Origin: an uncultured Clostridia bacterium
GTDB lineage: Bacteria; Acidobacteriota; Aminicenantia; UBA2199
DNA length: 64,000 nt
NCBI GenBank assembly: GCA_964465065.1
Contig: CAYXHZ010000005.1
Span: 23,318-87,317 of the forward strand
Direction: 5' to 3'
The first letter of the stretch is position 1; each line of letters begins with the position of its first letter. The position numbers and the translations under genes are program-made. Shown here piece by piece: positions 1 to 9,519 of the stretch. Under the pieces are notes generated by a model that searched no databases, was not told where the DNA came from, and worked only from the letters and a program-made list of their open reading frames with translations.

Positions 1-448
1 GGTAATGTTTGTACGGGAATTGGGTCAGTTCGCGGATGACCCGTTCGCCGGTGTGTCCGAACGGGGTGTGACCCAGGTCGTGTCCCAGGGCGATGGCTTC
101 GGTGAGATCCTCGTTGAGGTTGAGCGCCCGGGCGATGGTTCTCGAGATCTGGCTGACTTCGAGTGTATGGGTCAGCCGGGTGCGGAAGTGATCCCCTTCC
201 GGGGAGATGAAGACCTGCGTTTTATGCTTGAGGCGGCGGAAGGATTTGCAATGCAGAATCCGGTCTCGGTCGCGCTGGAACTCGCTGCGGATCGCGGAAG
301 GGGTCTCCGGGCGGACGCGGCAGGAGTTCACGCTTCTGGCGGCCCTGGGATGGAGAAGCTCTTCCCGTTGCAGCAGTTGTTGGTGGATGCTTTCGAATTG
401 CGAATCATCGTGCAGGGGATTGTCGCGATCATTTGCTGAATTGTGCAT
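1..448 (-). CDS. dGTP triphosphohydrolase-like HD-domain phosphohydrolase (5' part only; C-terminus lies beyond window start)
   Basis: Reverse-strand translation of nt 1-90 gives ...[29 protein letters not shown]. Upstream it reads ...[40 protein letters not shown]... This is the HD motif and flanking blocks of the Dgt-like family. In-frame ATG at 446-448 (a second ATG lies at 484). Not in the ORF track because no stop lies in the window. The + ORF 5..439 is its antisense. Confidence 0.6.
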   Translation of the reverse strand, partial: MHNSANDRDNPLHDDSQFESIHQQLLQREELLHPRAARSVNSCRVRPETPSAIRSEFQRDRDRILHCKSFRRLKHKTQVFISPEGDHFRTRLTHTLEVSQISRTIARALNLNEDLTEAIALGHDLGHTPFGHTGERVIRELTQFPYKHY

Positions 449-533
449 AGCAGTATTGTAGCAGAGTTTTAAAGCAGTGAACATGCAATCATGCCGTTGC
501 AGACACAATTATGCTATATTATTTCTTTAATAT

Positions 534-1781
534 ATGAAAAAAAAGCAGAACAATCCGCCAAAGGCACCGCTCAGCGACGAAAAGGATCTGGCCTGGATCA
601 AAGACCTGGTCGCAGGCCTGATCCGGCGTCACGGGCCGCGTTTGGCCGGAAGCCGTGGCTGTCTGGCGACCGCCCGGGAACTGAAGGAACAATTCCTGAC
701 GGTATGCGACCGCAGCTGGCTGCAGTCTTTTGTGCAACACCCGGACAGCTTCTGGCTGATACCGGCTCTGTGCGCCGGCGCGTACAGCCTGGCGGCTTTG
801 CTGTGGTTTTCGGGTCTGCACTTCGTTTACCCATTGGCCGTCCTGTCTGCCGGCCTGGTTTTCGGAATGACGCAGTTCTTTTTTCTGGGTGGCTTTTTCG
901 ATTTTATGTTTCCGCGCCGGCAGGGCACCAATGTCGTGGGCCTGATCGAGCCCGCTCGCCCGGCCGAACGGCAGCTCCTGGTCTGCGCCCACCACGACAG
1001 CGCCAAACGGATCCGCTTTCTGGAAGGTCCACAGATTCTGTACCCGCTGCAAATGATCGGCGCTATGGTTTTTTTTCTGCTGACGAGCTTGGCCCTGCTC
1101 CTGGAAGCGCTGTTTGCGCAGCTTGGCCGGTCGGCTCTGTCCGTTGCGCCGAGCTGGCTGTTCGCCGGCGGCGCCGTGTTCATCATCCCTTTCTTTTTCT
1201 TTTACCGCAGGCAGGGAAGTCCGGGGGCGGGAGACAATCTGCTGGCCTGCGTCCTGCTGGTCAGGCTGGCCCAAAAGATCCGGGCTGCGGGCGGCCTGAC
1301 CCGGACCCGCCTGATTCTGGTCAGCCATGACGGCGAAGAAATCGGCATGCGCGGCGCCCACGCCTTTGTCCGGGAGTACGCGGAACTTCTCCGGGAGTAC
1401 CCGCTCACGGTCATCAATCTGGACAGCCTGCACCGGATGGCGGACCTGACCCTGCTGAGCTCGGACCGCAACGGGACGGTCCGGCTTTCTCGAAAGCTGC
1501 AGGCGTACCTGCAGAAACTCTGGGGCGGGATGGGATACGATGTCAAATGCAAACGCTTGCCGGCGGGCGGGGGCGGAACCGATGCCGCAGTGTATGCGGC
1601 CGCCGGTTGGGAAACGGCTTCCTTGATCGCCATCTCCACCGCCATGATCCGCAGCGGCCTGGTGTACCATACCGAACGGGACGACGTGACCCGGCTCGAC
1701 GACCGGGTCGTCGTCGCCGGCCTGGACCTGATGCTGCGAACGCTCCAGAGCCTTGATCGGGAAGAGATTCCGCGGGGTTGA
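534..1781 (+). CDS. membrane-anchored M28 family metallopeptidase
   Basis: 415-aa ORF. M28 ligand blocks are present (LVCAHHDS, LVSHDGEEIGMRGAHAF, INLDSL, YHTERD), with several hydrophobic TM segments inserted in the N-terminal half. Confidence 0.65.
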   Translation: MKKKQNNPPKAPLSDEKDLAWIKDLVAGLIRRHGPRLAGSRGCLATARELKEQFLTVCDRSWLQSFVQHPDSFWLIPALCAGAYSLAALLWFSGLHFVYPLAVLSAGLVFGMTQFFFLGGFFDFMFPRRQGTNVVGLIEPARPAERQLLVCAHHDSAKRIRFLEGPQILYPLQMIGAMVFFLLTSLALLLEALFAQLGRSALSVAPSWLFAGGAVFIIPFFFFYRRQGSPGAGDNLLACVLLVRLAQKIRAAGGLTRTRLILVSHDGEEIGMRGAHAFVREYAELLREYPLTVINLDSLHRMADLTLLSSDRNGTVRLSRKLQAYLQKLWGGMGYDVKCKRLPAGGGGTDAAVYAAAGWETASLIAISTAMIRSGLVYHTERDDVTRLDDRVVVAGLDLMLRTLQSLDREEIPRG

Positions 1782-1920
1782 GCCTACGGCTCGACCATTC
1801 CACATTCCAATTGTATTTTCCCGGCACAGCCTATTGACATGTATTCGTTATAAGATTATAAGATTAAAGAAATAAAAATATAGAGTAATATGAAAATAGT
1901 ACACGACAGGAGTGGTACTC

Positions 1921-2307
1921 ATGATCAAGTTCATGCTCGATCCCAAGAGCGGCATCCCGTTTTACCGCCAGATCATCGATCAGATCCGCTACGGCATCGC
2001 CACCGGTCGTCTGGCCATCGGTGAACAGCTGCCCACGGCCCGCTCTCTGGCCGTCGAATTGAAGATCAACCTCAACACCGTCATCAAGGCATACAAAGAA
2101 CTGGAAATACAGAATATCCTGGAAACGCAACAGGGGACTGGCACCTTCATCGGCAACGCCCGCCTCGATATTCCGCACAAGGAGCAGCAGGGGAAATTGA
2201 AGCAGATCTGCGACGAATTCGTGACCATGTCGGCCCATTACGGATTCAGCATCCAGGAGATGATCGGCGAACTGCAAAACCGTTCGCCTGGAGGTAAGAA
2301 AGTTTGA
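1921..2307 (+). CDS. GntR family (YtrA-like, short) transcriptional regulator
   Basis: N-terminal winged-HTH of GntR type (IPFYRQIIDQIRYGIATGRLAIGEQLPTARSLAVELKINLNTVIKAYKELE). ATG at 1921 is preceded by AGGAG at 1907-1911. The track start at 1912 is a GTG. Confidence 0.7.
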   Translation: MIKFMLDPKSGIPFYRQIIDQIRYGIATGRLAIGEQLPTARSLAVELKINLNTVIKAYKELEIQNILETQQGTGTFIGNARLDIPHKEQQGKLKQICDEFVTMSAHYGFSIQEMIGELQNRSPGGKKV

Positions 2308-3248
2308 AATACCTGTTCCGTATCCTGGACGACCAGAAGCCGTTCAACCGGATGTCGATCCTGGTTCTCATCGTCGGCGGCGGCATCGCGGCGGCGCTGG
2401 AGCTCATGGGCGCGGCCGACGCCTGGCTGCTGGGAGCGATCGGTCTGTTCACCCTGTCCCTGGCCACTTCAGTCCGTCTGGCCGAACAGTGGGAACGGGC
2501 GGTGGTGTTGCGTCTGGGGCGCTTCAAAGCTCTCAAGGGACCCGGGATTTTTTTCATCGTTCCGTTCATCGATACCATCTACAAGTACATCGACCAGCGG
2601 GTTCGGGTCACCGATTTCCAGGCCGAGCAGACCCTGACCGCCGACACCGTGCCGGTCAACGTGGACGCCGTCGTCTACTGGATGGTCTGGGACGCCGAGA
2701 AAGCCGCGCTGGAAGTCCAGAATTACAAGGAGGCGGTGGCCTACATCGCCCAGACCGGACTGCGCGACACCATCGGCAAGCACCATCTGGCCGATCTGCT
2801 GCAGAATCGCCACAAGATCGCCGCCACCCTGCAGGAGACGCTCGATGAACTGACCAACCCCTGGGGCATCACCTGCCAGTACGTGGGCATCAAGGACATC
2901 GTGATCCCCGACAGTCTGGCCAACGCCATGAGCAAGCAGGCTCAGGCCGAGCGGGAGCGGCAGGCCCGGGTCATCCTCGGGACGGCGGAGACCGAAATCG
3001 CCCGGAACTTCTCCGATGCCAGCCGGGAATACCTGGACAATCCGGTGGCCCTGCAGTTGCGCGGCATGAATATGCTGTTCGAGGGTCTCAAGGAGAAAGG
3101 ATCGCTGGTCATCGTGCCCAGTTCGGCGCTCGACGCCATGAACATGGGCGCATTGAGCGGTCTGGTGGCCCTCGGCCGGCAGGGAGCCGACAATATGGCG
3201 ACTCCGGATTCGTGCAAATCCAACGTGCAGACGGGGAAAATGCCTTGA
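2304..3248 (+). CDS. SPFH/band-7 (stomatin/prohibitin-like) membrane protein
   Basis: N-terminal TM followed by the SPFH core (VVLRLGRF..GPGIFFIVPFID..VRVTDFQ..VNVDAVVYW) and a coiled-coil QAQAERERQARV. The TTG at 2304 overlaps the GntR stop and follows GGAGGT. An ATG at 2352 is an alternative start. Confidence 0.75.
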   Translation: MKYLFRILDDQKPFNRMSILVLIVGGGIAAALELMGAADAWLLGAIGLFTLSLATSVRLAEQWERAVVLRLGRFKALKGPGIFFIVPFIDTIYKYIDQRVRVTDFQAEQTLTADTVPVNVDAVVYWMVWDAEKAALEVQNYKEAVAYIAQTGLRDTIGKHHLADLLQNRHKIAATLQETLDELTNPWGITCQYVGIKDIVIPDSLANAMSKQAQAERERQARVILGTAETEIARNFSDASREYLDNPVALQLRGMNMLFEGLKEKGSLVIVPSSALDAMNMGALSGLVALGRQGADNMATPDSCKSNVQTGKMP

Positions 3249-3308
3249 CAGAGTGATGGCAATTTTGTAAATTTAACTGACGGTAAAAATATTTAACTCG
3301 GAGTAATC

Positions 3309-3926
3309 TTGAAGCGTGAGCTGATGCGCAAGCATATCCTGCAGACGAGCCTGCAACTGTTTTCCGCACTGCAGTCGGAACGGCTGAGCATGGAGGAGAT
3401 CGCCCGCCGCTGCTCCATCACCAAGCCGACCCTGTATTCCTATTTCCGGAACAGGCAGGCCATACTCTTCGCCCTTTTCGACGAGGTGTACGGTCAGTTG
3501 CTGCTGCGCCTGCAGGAGATAAGCCTGGAGTACGGCGGCGACAAGCGCGGCTGGCCCTACTTCGAGCTGCTTTTCAATGAAATCACCTCTTTTTTCAAAG
3601 CCTACGGCGGCGTGATCCTGATCATCATCCGCGAGACGCACAAAGGCGGTAGCGAGGCGGAGGTGAACGAACATTTTTCGTATTGGCTGAACAAACGCCA
3701 GGAGACCATCGATCTGTTCGAACAGATCATCACTCCGCTCATCCGTCAGGATGTTCAGGAGCGTTTCGGCGCCAAGTTGGCGGTCAAGGCCACCTATCAG
3801 GTCATGTCCGGGGTGTTGTCGAGCATCGTCAGCGATTTCTTCTTTTCGGAACGGGTCGATGTCGACCAGTACAGGCTGCTGTTCAAGGAATTGTTTCAAA
3901 ACGGTTTTTTTTACAAGGAGGAATGA
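3309..3926 (+). CDS. TetR/AcrR family transcriptional regulator
   Basis: N-terminal TetR HTH (SMEEIARRCSITKPTLYSYFRNRQAILFALF). It lies immediately upstream of, and 4-nt overlapped with, the efflux operon. Confidence 0.7.
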   Translation: MKRELMRKHILQTSLQLFSALQSERLSMEEIARRCSITKPTLYSYFRNRQAILFALFDEVYGQLLLRLQEISLEYGGDKRGWPYFELLFNEITSFFKAYGGVILIIIRETHKGGSEAEVNEHFSYWLNKRQETIDLFEQIITPLIRQDVQERFGAKLAVKATYQVMSGVLSSIVSDFFFSERVDVDQYRLLFKELFQNGFFYKEE

Positions 3927-5242
3927 TGAGAAGAGCGATCATCTTTTCATTGCTGTTTTTCAGTGGCTTGGCTTTGGCCGGCCAGGAGCTCGATCTCAGT
4001 CTGGAAAAGGCCATAGAACTGGCGTTGCAGAACGATTTCAGCTACCGGATCAGTCAGAAGCAGGTGGATGTATACCGGCAACGTTTGAAAAATATCGGTC
4101 TGTTGCCGCAGGTCAGCCTGGAAGGTGCCAAAAATCTGGACGAGAAGCTCCAGGTTCTGGAGATTCCTTCCTTCACCGGCGGCGAGCCGCAGCGGGTCAG
4201 CCTGGATTTCACCAAGAACTACGAATTCGCCCTGCAGGTGTTGCAGCCGATTTTTACCGGCGGCAAAGCCTATTTCGGTTTCAAAAACTCGCTGATAGAC
4301 CTCAAGAATTCCAAAGAGCAGCTGGCCAACAGCCGGGAAGAAACGATTCTCAAGGTCAAAAAAAGTTTTTACAACATCCTCATCATGCAGGAATACCTCA
4401 AGGCGCAGCAGCAGGCGCTGGAGCTGATGGAAAAGAATCTGCAGAACGTCAAGCAGAGTTACGAGCTGGGTCTGGTCTCGCAGTACGACCTGCTTCGGGC
4501 CGAATTGGCCGTTTCGTCGCATAAACCTGAGCTCAGCCGTGCCCGCAATCTCTATGAGATCTCGATTCTGAACCTGAAGAACATCCTGCAGATCGCCGAT
4601 GAGGTCGAGCCGCGCATCGTCGGCGAATTGACCGTTCCCGAGTTCAAAAGCTCGCTGGCCGATCTGCTCGGGACGGGCATGACCGGCCGTTCGGAAATCA
4701 AACAGCTCGATTTCGAGAAGGAGAAACTGGCCAACCTGCTCAAGATCGCCTACGGCCAGTACCTGCCATCGTTCTCGATTGTCGCCAATTACAGTTACCG
4801 TTCCGATTTCTTCAATTTTCGCAAGGGCAACTGGGAAAACAATTATACCATCAACCTGGCCGTCAGCTTCCCGATTTTTCCGGGCTTGAGCCGCAACGCC
4901 CAGGTCGGTGAATTGCGGGTATCGCAGAAAATCATGGATCTCAACCGCCAGATGCTGCTGTCGGCCACCAAGCTGGAAATCGAGAACCGCTTCAAGACGA
5001 TCCAGCAGGAATACGAAAATATCACCCAGGCGCAGAAGAATCTGGAAATGGCCGGCGAAGGGGTACGCATCGCCGAATTGAATTATAAGGAAGGCCTGAT
5101 CTCGATTCTGGAACTGAACACCTCGTTCAACGAGCTCACCAATGCCCGGGTGGCTCTGCTGCAGGCTATGTTCAACTGCAATATCAATATCGCCGAACTG
5201 GAGAAACTGGTAGGAATCAAATATCAAGGAGGAGTGCAATGA
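3923..5242 (+). CDS. TolC-family outer-membrane efflux protein
   Basis: Signal peptide MMRRAIIFSLLFFSGLALA, then two OEP-type repeats typical of TolC/OprM (..LSLEKAIELALQNDFSY.. and ..YELGLVSQYDLLRAELAVS..). ATG at 3923 is preceded by AAGGAGG and overlaps the TetR stop (ATGA). The track start at 3683 is an upstream artefact. Confidence 0.8.
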   Translation: MMRRAIIFSLLFFSGLALAGQELDLSLEKAIELALQNDFSYRISQKQVDVYRQRLKNIGLLPQVSLEGAKNLDEKLQVLEIPSFTGGEPQRVSLDFTKNYEFALQVLQPIFTGGKAYFGFKNSLIDLKNSKEQLANSREETILKVKKSFYNILIMQEYLKAQQQALELMEKNLQNVKQSYELGLVSQYDLLRAELAVSSHKPELSRARNLYEISILNLKNILQIADEVEPRIVGELTVPEFKSSLADLLGTGMTGRSEIKQLDFEKEKLANLLKIAYGQYLPSFSIVANYSYRSDFFNFRKGNWENNYTINLAVSFPIFPGLSRNAQVGELRVSQKIMDLNRQMLLSATKLEIENRFKTIQQEYENITQAQKNLEMAGEGVRIAELNYKEGLISILELNTSFNELTNARVALLQAMFNCNINIAELEKLVGIKYQGGVQ

Positions 5243-6306
5243 AAAAAATACTCATACTGCTGGTCGCCGTGTTGATCGCCTTCACGGCCTGTAAGAAAGA
5301 AGAGCAGAAGAAAAGCGCCGACGGGCAGGAATTCAAGTTCCAGGTGAAGGTGGTCAACGCCCAGGCCAGGTCCTTCCAGAAATTCATCAATTACAAAGGC
5401 ACCATTCAGGCCTGGCAGACAGCCAATATCATTCCCGAAGTCTCCGGCCGGATCGCCCGGATCTACAAAAAAGTGGGCGAAGAGGTCAAACGTGGCGATT
5501 TGCTGGCGGAATTGGACCTGACTTCCCTCAAGCTGCAGCTCAGACAGGCCGAGGCGGCCTGTAACGTGGCCGACAAGGGCTTTCAGGACGCCAAGCTCAA
5601 CTATGACCGCATGGCCAGCCTGTTCGAAAAAAAGGCGGTCTCGTCGTATCAGTACGAAAAGGCCCAGCTGGCGTACGCCTCGGCCCAGACGCAGCTGGAG
5701 AGTGCTCAAGCCACACTGGAGATCGTCAAATACAGTATCGCCAAGAGTTACATGCGGGCGCCGTTCGCCGGTGTCGTCAGCGCCAAGATCATGGAGGAGG
5801 GGGATATGATCAACCCCTCTATGGGCTCGGGGCAGGCGGTGCTGGAACTTCTCGATCTGGCCAAGGTCAAGGTCGTTGTGGACCTGAACGCCGAGGATGT
5901 GGAACGGGTGCTGGTCGGCCAGGAGTGCCGGGTAAGACCCGTTGGCATGGAGCAGGAACTCCGGGGGCAGATCTACAGCAAGAGTCTGGCCGCCGATCCC
6001 AGCTCCAAGACCTTCCGGGTAGAAATTGCCGTGGAAAACGAAGCCCGAAACATACGGGCCAATATTTTCGCCGACGTCTGGATCGAGACCGAAAAGGTAG
6101 ACAATGCGCTGGTTTTGCCTCTGCCGGCTCTGCTGCAGGACAAATTCGTGATGGTGGTCGAGAACGGCAAGGCCAAGAAGATCGAGATCGTCAAAGGAAA
6201 GGCCAACGACAGCGAATTCGTCGTCAACGGCGGCCTGAACCCCGGTCAGGTCGTCATCGTCGAGGGCAATTACGATCTGCAGGACGGCCAGGATGTAATT
6301 TACTAA
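5239..6306 (+). CDS. RND efflux periplasmic adaptor (membrane fusion protein, HlyD/AcrA family), lipoprotein
   Basis: Lipobox ...AFTAC. Biotinyl-lipoyl-like hairpin (GTIQAWQTANIIPEVSGRIARIYKKVGEEVKRGDLLAELD). Beta-barrel and MP domains follow. ATG overlaps the TolC stop and is preceded by AGGAGG. Confidence 0.85.
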   Translation: MKKILILLVAVLIAFTACKKEEQKKSADGQEFKFQVKVVNAQARSFQKFINYKGTIQAWQTANIIPEVSGRIARIYKKVGEEVKRGDLLAELDLTSLKLQLRQAEAACNVADKGFQDAKLNYDRMASLFEKKAVSSYQYEKAQLAYASAQTQLESAQATLEIVKYSIAKSYMRAPFAGVVSAKIMEEGDMINPSMGSGQAVLELLDLAKVKVVVDLNAEDVERVLVGQECRVRPVGMEQELRGQIYSKSLAADPSSKTFRVEIAVENEARNIRANIFADVWIETEKVDNALVLPLPALLQDKFVMVVENGKAKKIEIVKGKANDSEFVVNGGLNPGQVVIVEGNYDLQDGQDVIY

Positions 6307-6316
6307 GGGGACAGTC

Positions 6317-9300
6317 ATGAAAATCGTCGATTTTTCCTTGAAAAAACGGGTGACGATGTCCATGGTCGTCCTGGTCATCGTCATCCTGGGCATGATTTCG
6401 TTCACCAAACTGGGCCTGGACATGCTGCCCGATATGGATTACCCCTACATCTCCGTCATCACCACCTACAGCGGGGTTTCCTCCGAGGACATCGAGCAGA
6501 ATATCACCCGGCCGGTGGAGCAGTGGGTGTCCACCGTTTCCAACATCAAGAAATTGAATTCCATTTCGCTGGAAGGCCAGTCGGTGATCATGATCGAGTT
6601 CGAGTGGGGCGTCAACCTGGATTTCGCCGCCCAGGACGTGCGCGATACCATCGGCATGTACTCCCAATTCCTTCCCGATGGAGCCGACGACCCGTTCGTC
6701 ATGAAATTCAATTTTTCACAGATGCCGATCCTGGCCTACGGAATCACCGGCGGTGACATGAGCCTGAGCAGGTTGCGCGATTACATCGACAACGAGGTGG
6801 CCACCCGCCTGGAACGTATCGAAGGCGTGGCTTCGGCCTCGGTTTTCTCCCCCGAGGTCAACGAGGTCCTGGTCAGCGTCGACAAGGGCAAGCTCGAAGC
6901 CCGCGGCTTGAACATCGCTCAGGTCGAGGGGGCCATTCAGGCCGCCAACATCAACCTGCCTGCCGGTTACATGACCGAGAACCACCGCGAATTCCTGCTG
7001 CGCAGCATGGGCGAGTTCAAGACCGTCGCCGAAATCAACGATATTCTGGTGGGCACGAGTTCTACGGGGGCTTCCATATTTCTCAAGGATATCGGTTCGG
7101 TGCGTGAAGCGCCCAAGGAGGAGCGTCTGGCGCTGCGCCTGAACGGCACCCAGGGCGTGATGATGATGGTCACCAAGAGCTCGGGGGCCAACTCGGTGCT
7201 GGTCGCCCGCCAGGTCAAGCAGATTCTGGCCGACATCGAACCGACCCTGAAAGAGGGCGTCAAATTTCATGTCTGGCTGGACATGTCGCGGATCATCGAG
7301 ATGATGTCCAACAAGGCGACCATCAACATCTTCGAGGGCGGTCTGCTGGCCATGCTGATCATTTTCATCTTCCTGCGCAACCTCAAACCGACGATCGCCA
7401 TCGGCATCACCATTCCCTTGTCCATCGTCGTGACCTTCATCGCCTTCTACCTGATGGGCTACACCCTGAACCTGATCACCCTGGGAGGCCTGGCCCTGGG
7501 GGTGGGCATGCTGGTCGACAACGCCGTCGTGGTCATCGAAAACATCTTCCGCCACCTGCAGGAGGGGATGAGTCCCACCGAGGCGGCCCGCAAGGGAACC
7601 TCGGAGGTGGGCATGGCCATCGCTGGCTCGACCTTGACCACGGTGGCCGTCTTCTTCCCGATGATGTTCGCTACAGGCATCGCCGGACGTATGGCCATGA
7701 GCCTGGCCGTGTCGGTGATCATCGCCTTGCTGGCCTCGCTGTTCGTGGCCCTGACCATCGTGCCCATGCTGGCCGCCTGGATGTTCCGCGCCCACATGAA
7801 AAAGGGCCAGATGTCGTCCGGTATCGTCGCCCTGGGCGAGGACCGCTTCACCCCGTTGCGTAACCGTTACGAGGGCTGGCTGCGCAAGGCCATCGCCAAC
7901 CGTAAAAAGGTGTTGATCGGTATCGTCGCCGTTTTCGTTCTGTCCCTGGTCGCCGCTGCATTTCTGGGCACCGAGTTCATGCCGGCGACCGACAACTCCA
8001 TGCTCTACCTGAAGCTGACCATGCCCATCGGCACCAACATCGCCGAAACCGACCGCATCGCCCGCTATCTCGAGGCGCAATCTCTCAAAGATCCAAATGT
8101 CATCACCACCTTCATTCAGGTGGGCAGCAGCGAAATGAACGCCCAGGATACGGCCAGCGGCACCGGTGCCGCCGGTTCGTACGAGGCGATCGTCTACGCC
8201 TATCTCAAACCCAGCGACGAACGCAAGGAGTCCGACAAACAGATTCTGGAGCGCTGGCGCCGTTCTTTTCCCAAGCTGGAGAAGGGCTACATCACAGCCA
8301 TCGATATCGCCGGCGCCTCAATGATGGGCTCGTCGACCAACCCTATCGAAATCAACTGTTTCGGCAGCGACATGAACCGCCTGGAGATCGTCGCCAACAG
8401 TATTTACAATACCGTCAAGGACATTGACGGCATTCGCGATCTCAAGATCTCCCTGGAGAAGAGTAAGCCCGAGCTGCAGCTGCACATCAAAAAGGAAGAA
8501 GCCGCCAAACTGGGGCTGACGCCTCTGGCCATATCCAGCCAGGTGCAGACCTACACCATCGGTACGGTGGTGTCGCGCATGTTTCTGGAAGGGGAAGACC
8601 GCGATATCAGGGTACGTCTCAACGAGGCCGACCGGGCCTCGGTCGAGGACCTCAAGAAACTTCCCATCCGTACAGCGGCCGGCTCCAAGGTGTACCTGTC
8701 CGAACTGGCCGAGTTCAAGAGTCTGTTCGGACCGGTGCGCATCGACCGCGAGAACATGGTCCGCAAGGTGACCGTGGGCGCCAACTTCATCGGCCGCGAC
8801 CTGGGCTCGATCGTCGAGGAAATCAAAGCAAAAACAGCGACCATCAGCTCGCATCTGCCCGAGGGCTATTTCATCGAGATGGCCGGTCAGTACGAAAACA
8901 TGACCGAGACCTTCACCACTCTGGGGTTTGCCCTGCTGATCGCCCTGGTTCTGGTGTTCGCGGTCATGGCCTCTCTTTACGAGAGTCTTAAGTTTCCCTT
9001 CATCAACATGTTCACCATTCCGCTGGGCTTCATCGGCGTGATCGTCCTGCTGCTGCTCACCCACACGACCATCAACATGGGGTCGATCATGGGTTTCATC
9101 ATCCTGACCGGAATCGCCGTCAACAACGGTATCGTCCTGGTCGACTACATCAACCAGCTCATCGCCGGAGGCATGGACCGGCTGGAGGCCGTCGTCATTG
9201 GGGCGGCCACCCGTTTGCGTCCGGTCCTGATCACCTCGATCACCACCATCGTCGGTATGGTTCCCATGGCCATGACCACCAAGCAGGGCGGTGAAATGAG

Positions 9301-9415
9301 TGCGCCCATGGCGGTGGCCGTGATCGGTGGCTTGATGGCCACCACCTTTTTGACCATGTTCTTCATACCTTGCCTGTACACTGTATTCGCCAGGATCAAA
9401 AACAAACCCGATTAG
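6317..9415 (+). CDS. RND multidrug efflux permease (HAE1/AcrB family)
   Basis: 1032 aa with 12-TM/two-large-loop AcrB architecture. Hallmark segments present: ISFTKLGLDMLPDMDYPYISVITTYSG, GLALGVGMLVDNAVVVIENI. Confidence 0.9.
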   Translation: MKIVDFSLKKRVTMSMVVLVIVILGMISFTKLGLDMLPDMDYPYISVITTYSGVSSEDIEQNITRPVEQWVSTVSNIKKLNSISLEGQSVIMIEFEWGVNLDFAAQDVRDTIGMYSQFLPDGADDPFVMKFNFSQMPILAYGITGGDMSLSRLRDYIDNEVATRLERIEGVASASVFSPEVNEVLVSVDKGKLEARGLNIAQVEGAIQAANINLPAGYMTENHREFLLRSMGEFKTVAEINDILVGTSSTGASIFLKDIGSVREAPKEERLALRLNGTQGVMMMVTKSSGANSVLVARQVKQILADIEPTLKEGVKFHVWLDMSRIIEMMSNKATINIFEGGLLAMLIIFIFLRNLKPTIAIGITIPLSIVVTFIAFYLMGYTLNLITLGGLALGVGMLVDNAVVVIENIFRHLQEGMSPTEAARKGTSEVGMAIAGSTLTTVAVFFPMMFATGIAGRMAMSLAVSVIIALLASLFVALTIVPMLAAWMFRAHMKKGQMSSGIVALGEDRFTPLRNRYEGWLRKAIANRKKVLIGIVAVFVLSLVAAAFLGTEFMPATDNSMLYLKLTMPIGTNIAETDRIARYLEAQSLKDPNVITTFIQVGSSEMNAQDTASGTGAAGSYEAIVYAYLKPSDERKESDKQILERWRRSFPKLEKGYITAIDIAGASMMGSSTNPIEINCFGSDMNRLEIVANSIYNTVKDIDGIRDLKISLEKSKPELQLHIKKEEAAKLGLTPLAISSQVQTYTIGTVVSRMFLEGEDRDIRVRLNEADRASVEDLKKLPIRTAAGSKVYLSELAEFKSLFGPVRIDRENMVRKVTVGANFIGRDLGSIVEEIKAKTATISSHLPEGYFIEMAGQYENMTETFTTLGFALLIALVLVFAVMASLYESLKFPFINMFTIPLGFIGVIVLLLLTHTTINMGSIMGFIILTGIAVNNGIVLVDYINQLIAGGMDRLEAVVIGAATRLRPVLITSITTIVGMVPMAMTTKQGGEMSAPMAVAVIGGLMATTFLTMFFIPCLYTVFARIKNKPD

Positions 9416-9480
9416 CAAGGAGCATTCGAAAGCGGAAAAAATCACGGTGACAACTTGTCAGTTCTATCTGCGGTACTGCG

Positions 9481-9519
9481 CCGTTCCCGGCCCCTTGGTC
9501 ATCAGGAGGGCCGGGAACG
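9481..9519. terminator. candidate bidirectional stem-loop between convergent RND and GGDEF genes
   Basis: cgttcccggccc (9482-9493) pairs with gggccgggaacg (9508-9519), a ~12-bp GC-rich stem with a 14-nt loop. The GGDEF stop codon sits in the loop. No clear U-tract. Confidence 0.3.

Noticed and set aside
5-439. Plus-strand 144-aa ORF at the window start
   Set aside because: It is the antisense frame of the dGTPase-like HD-domain gene. The minus strand gives the diagnostic [15 protein letters not shown] and QRDRDRILH blocks, while the plus product has no family resemblance.
519-1805. 428-aa minus-strand ORF covering the M28 peptidase gene
   Set aside because: The product is Arg/Gly/Pro/Gln-rich with no motifs, typical of antisense frames in high-GC DNA. 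The plus strand has M28 metal-ligand blocks.
3683-3922. N-terminal extension of the TolC ORF in the ORF track (also 55470-55658 for the kinase and 41689-42021 for bshC)
   Set aside because: The extensions overlap the preceding genes, lack signal-peptide logic, and read as Arg/Gly-rich off-frame sequence. Internal ATG or GTG codons with an RBS, or with stop-start overlaps, give sensible N-termini.
6716-8080. 454-aa minus ORF inside the RND permease gene; similar long antisense ORFs also at 13251-15359, 15779-17068, 23025-24395, 46818-48533, 54151-55269
   Set aside because: All are antisense to genes with strong family signatures (AcrB, VIT-vWA, GGDEF, FtsX permease, ABC exporter, sigma54 EBP). 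They translate to His/Gly/Asp/Arg-rich repeats.
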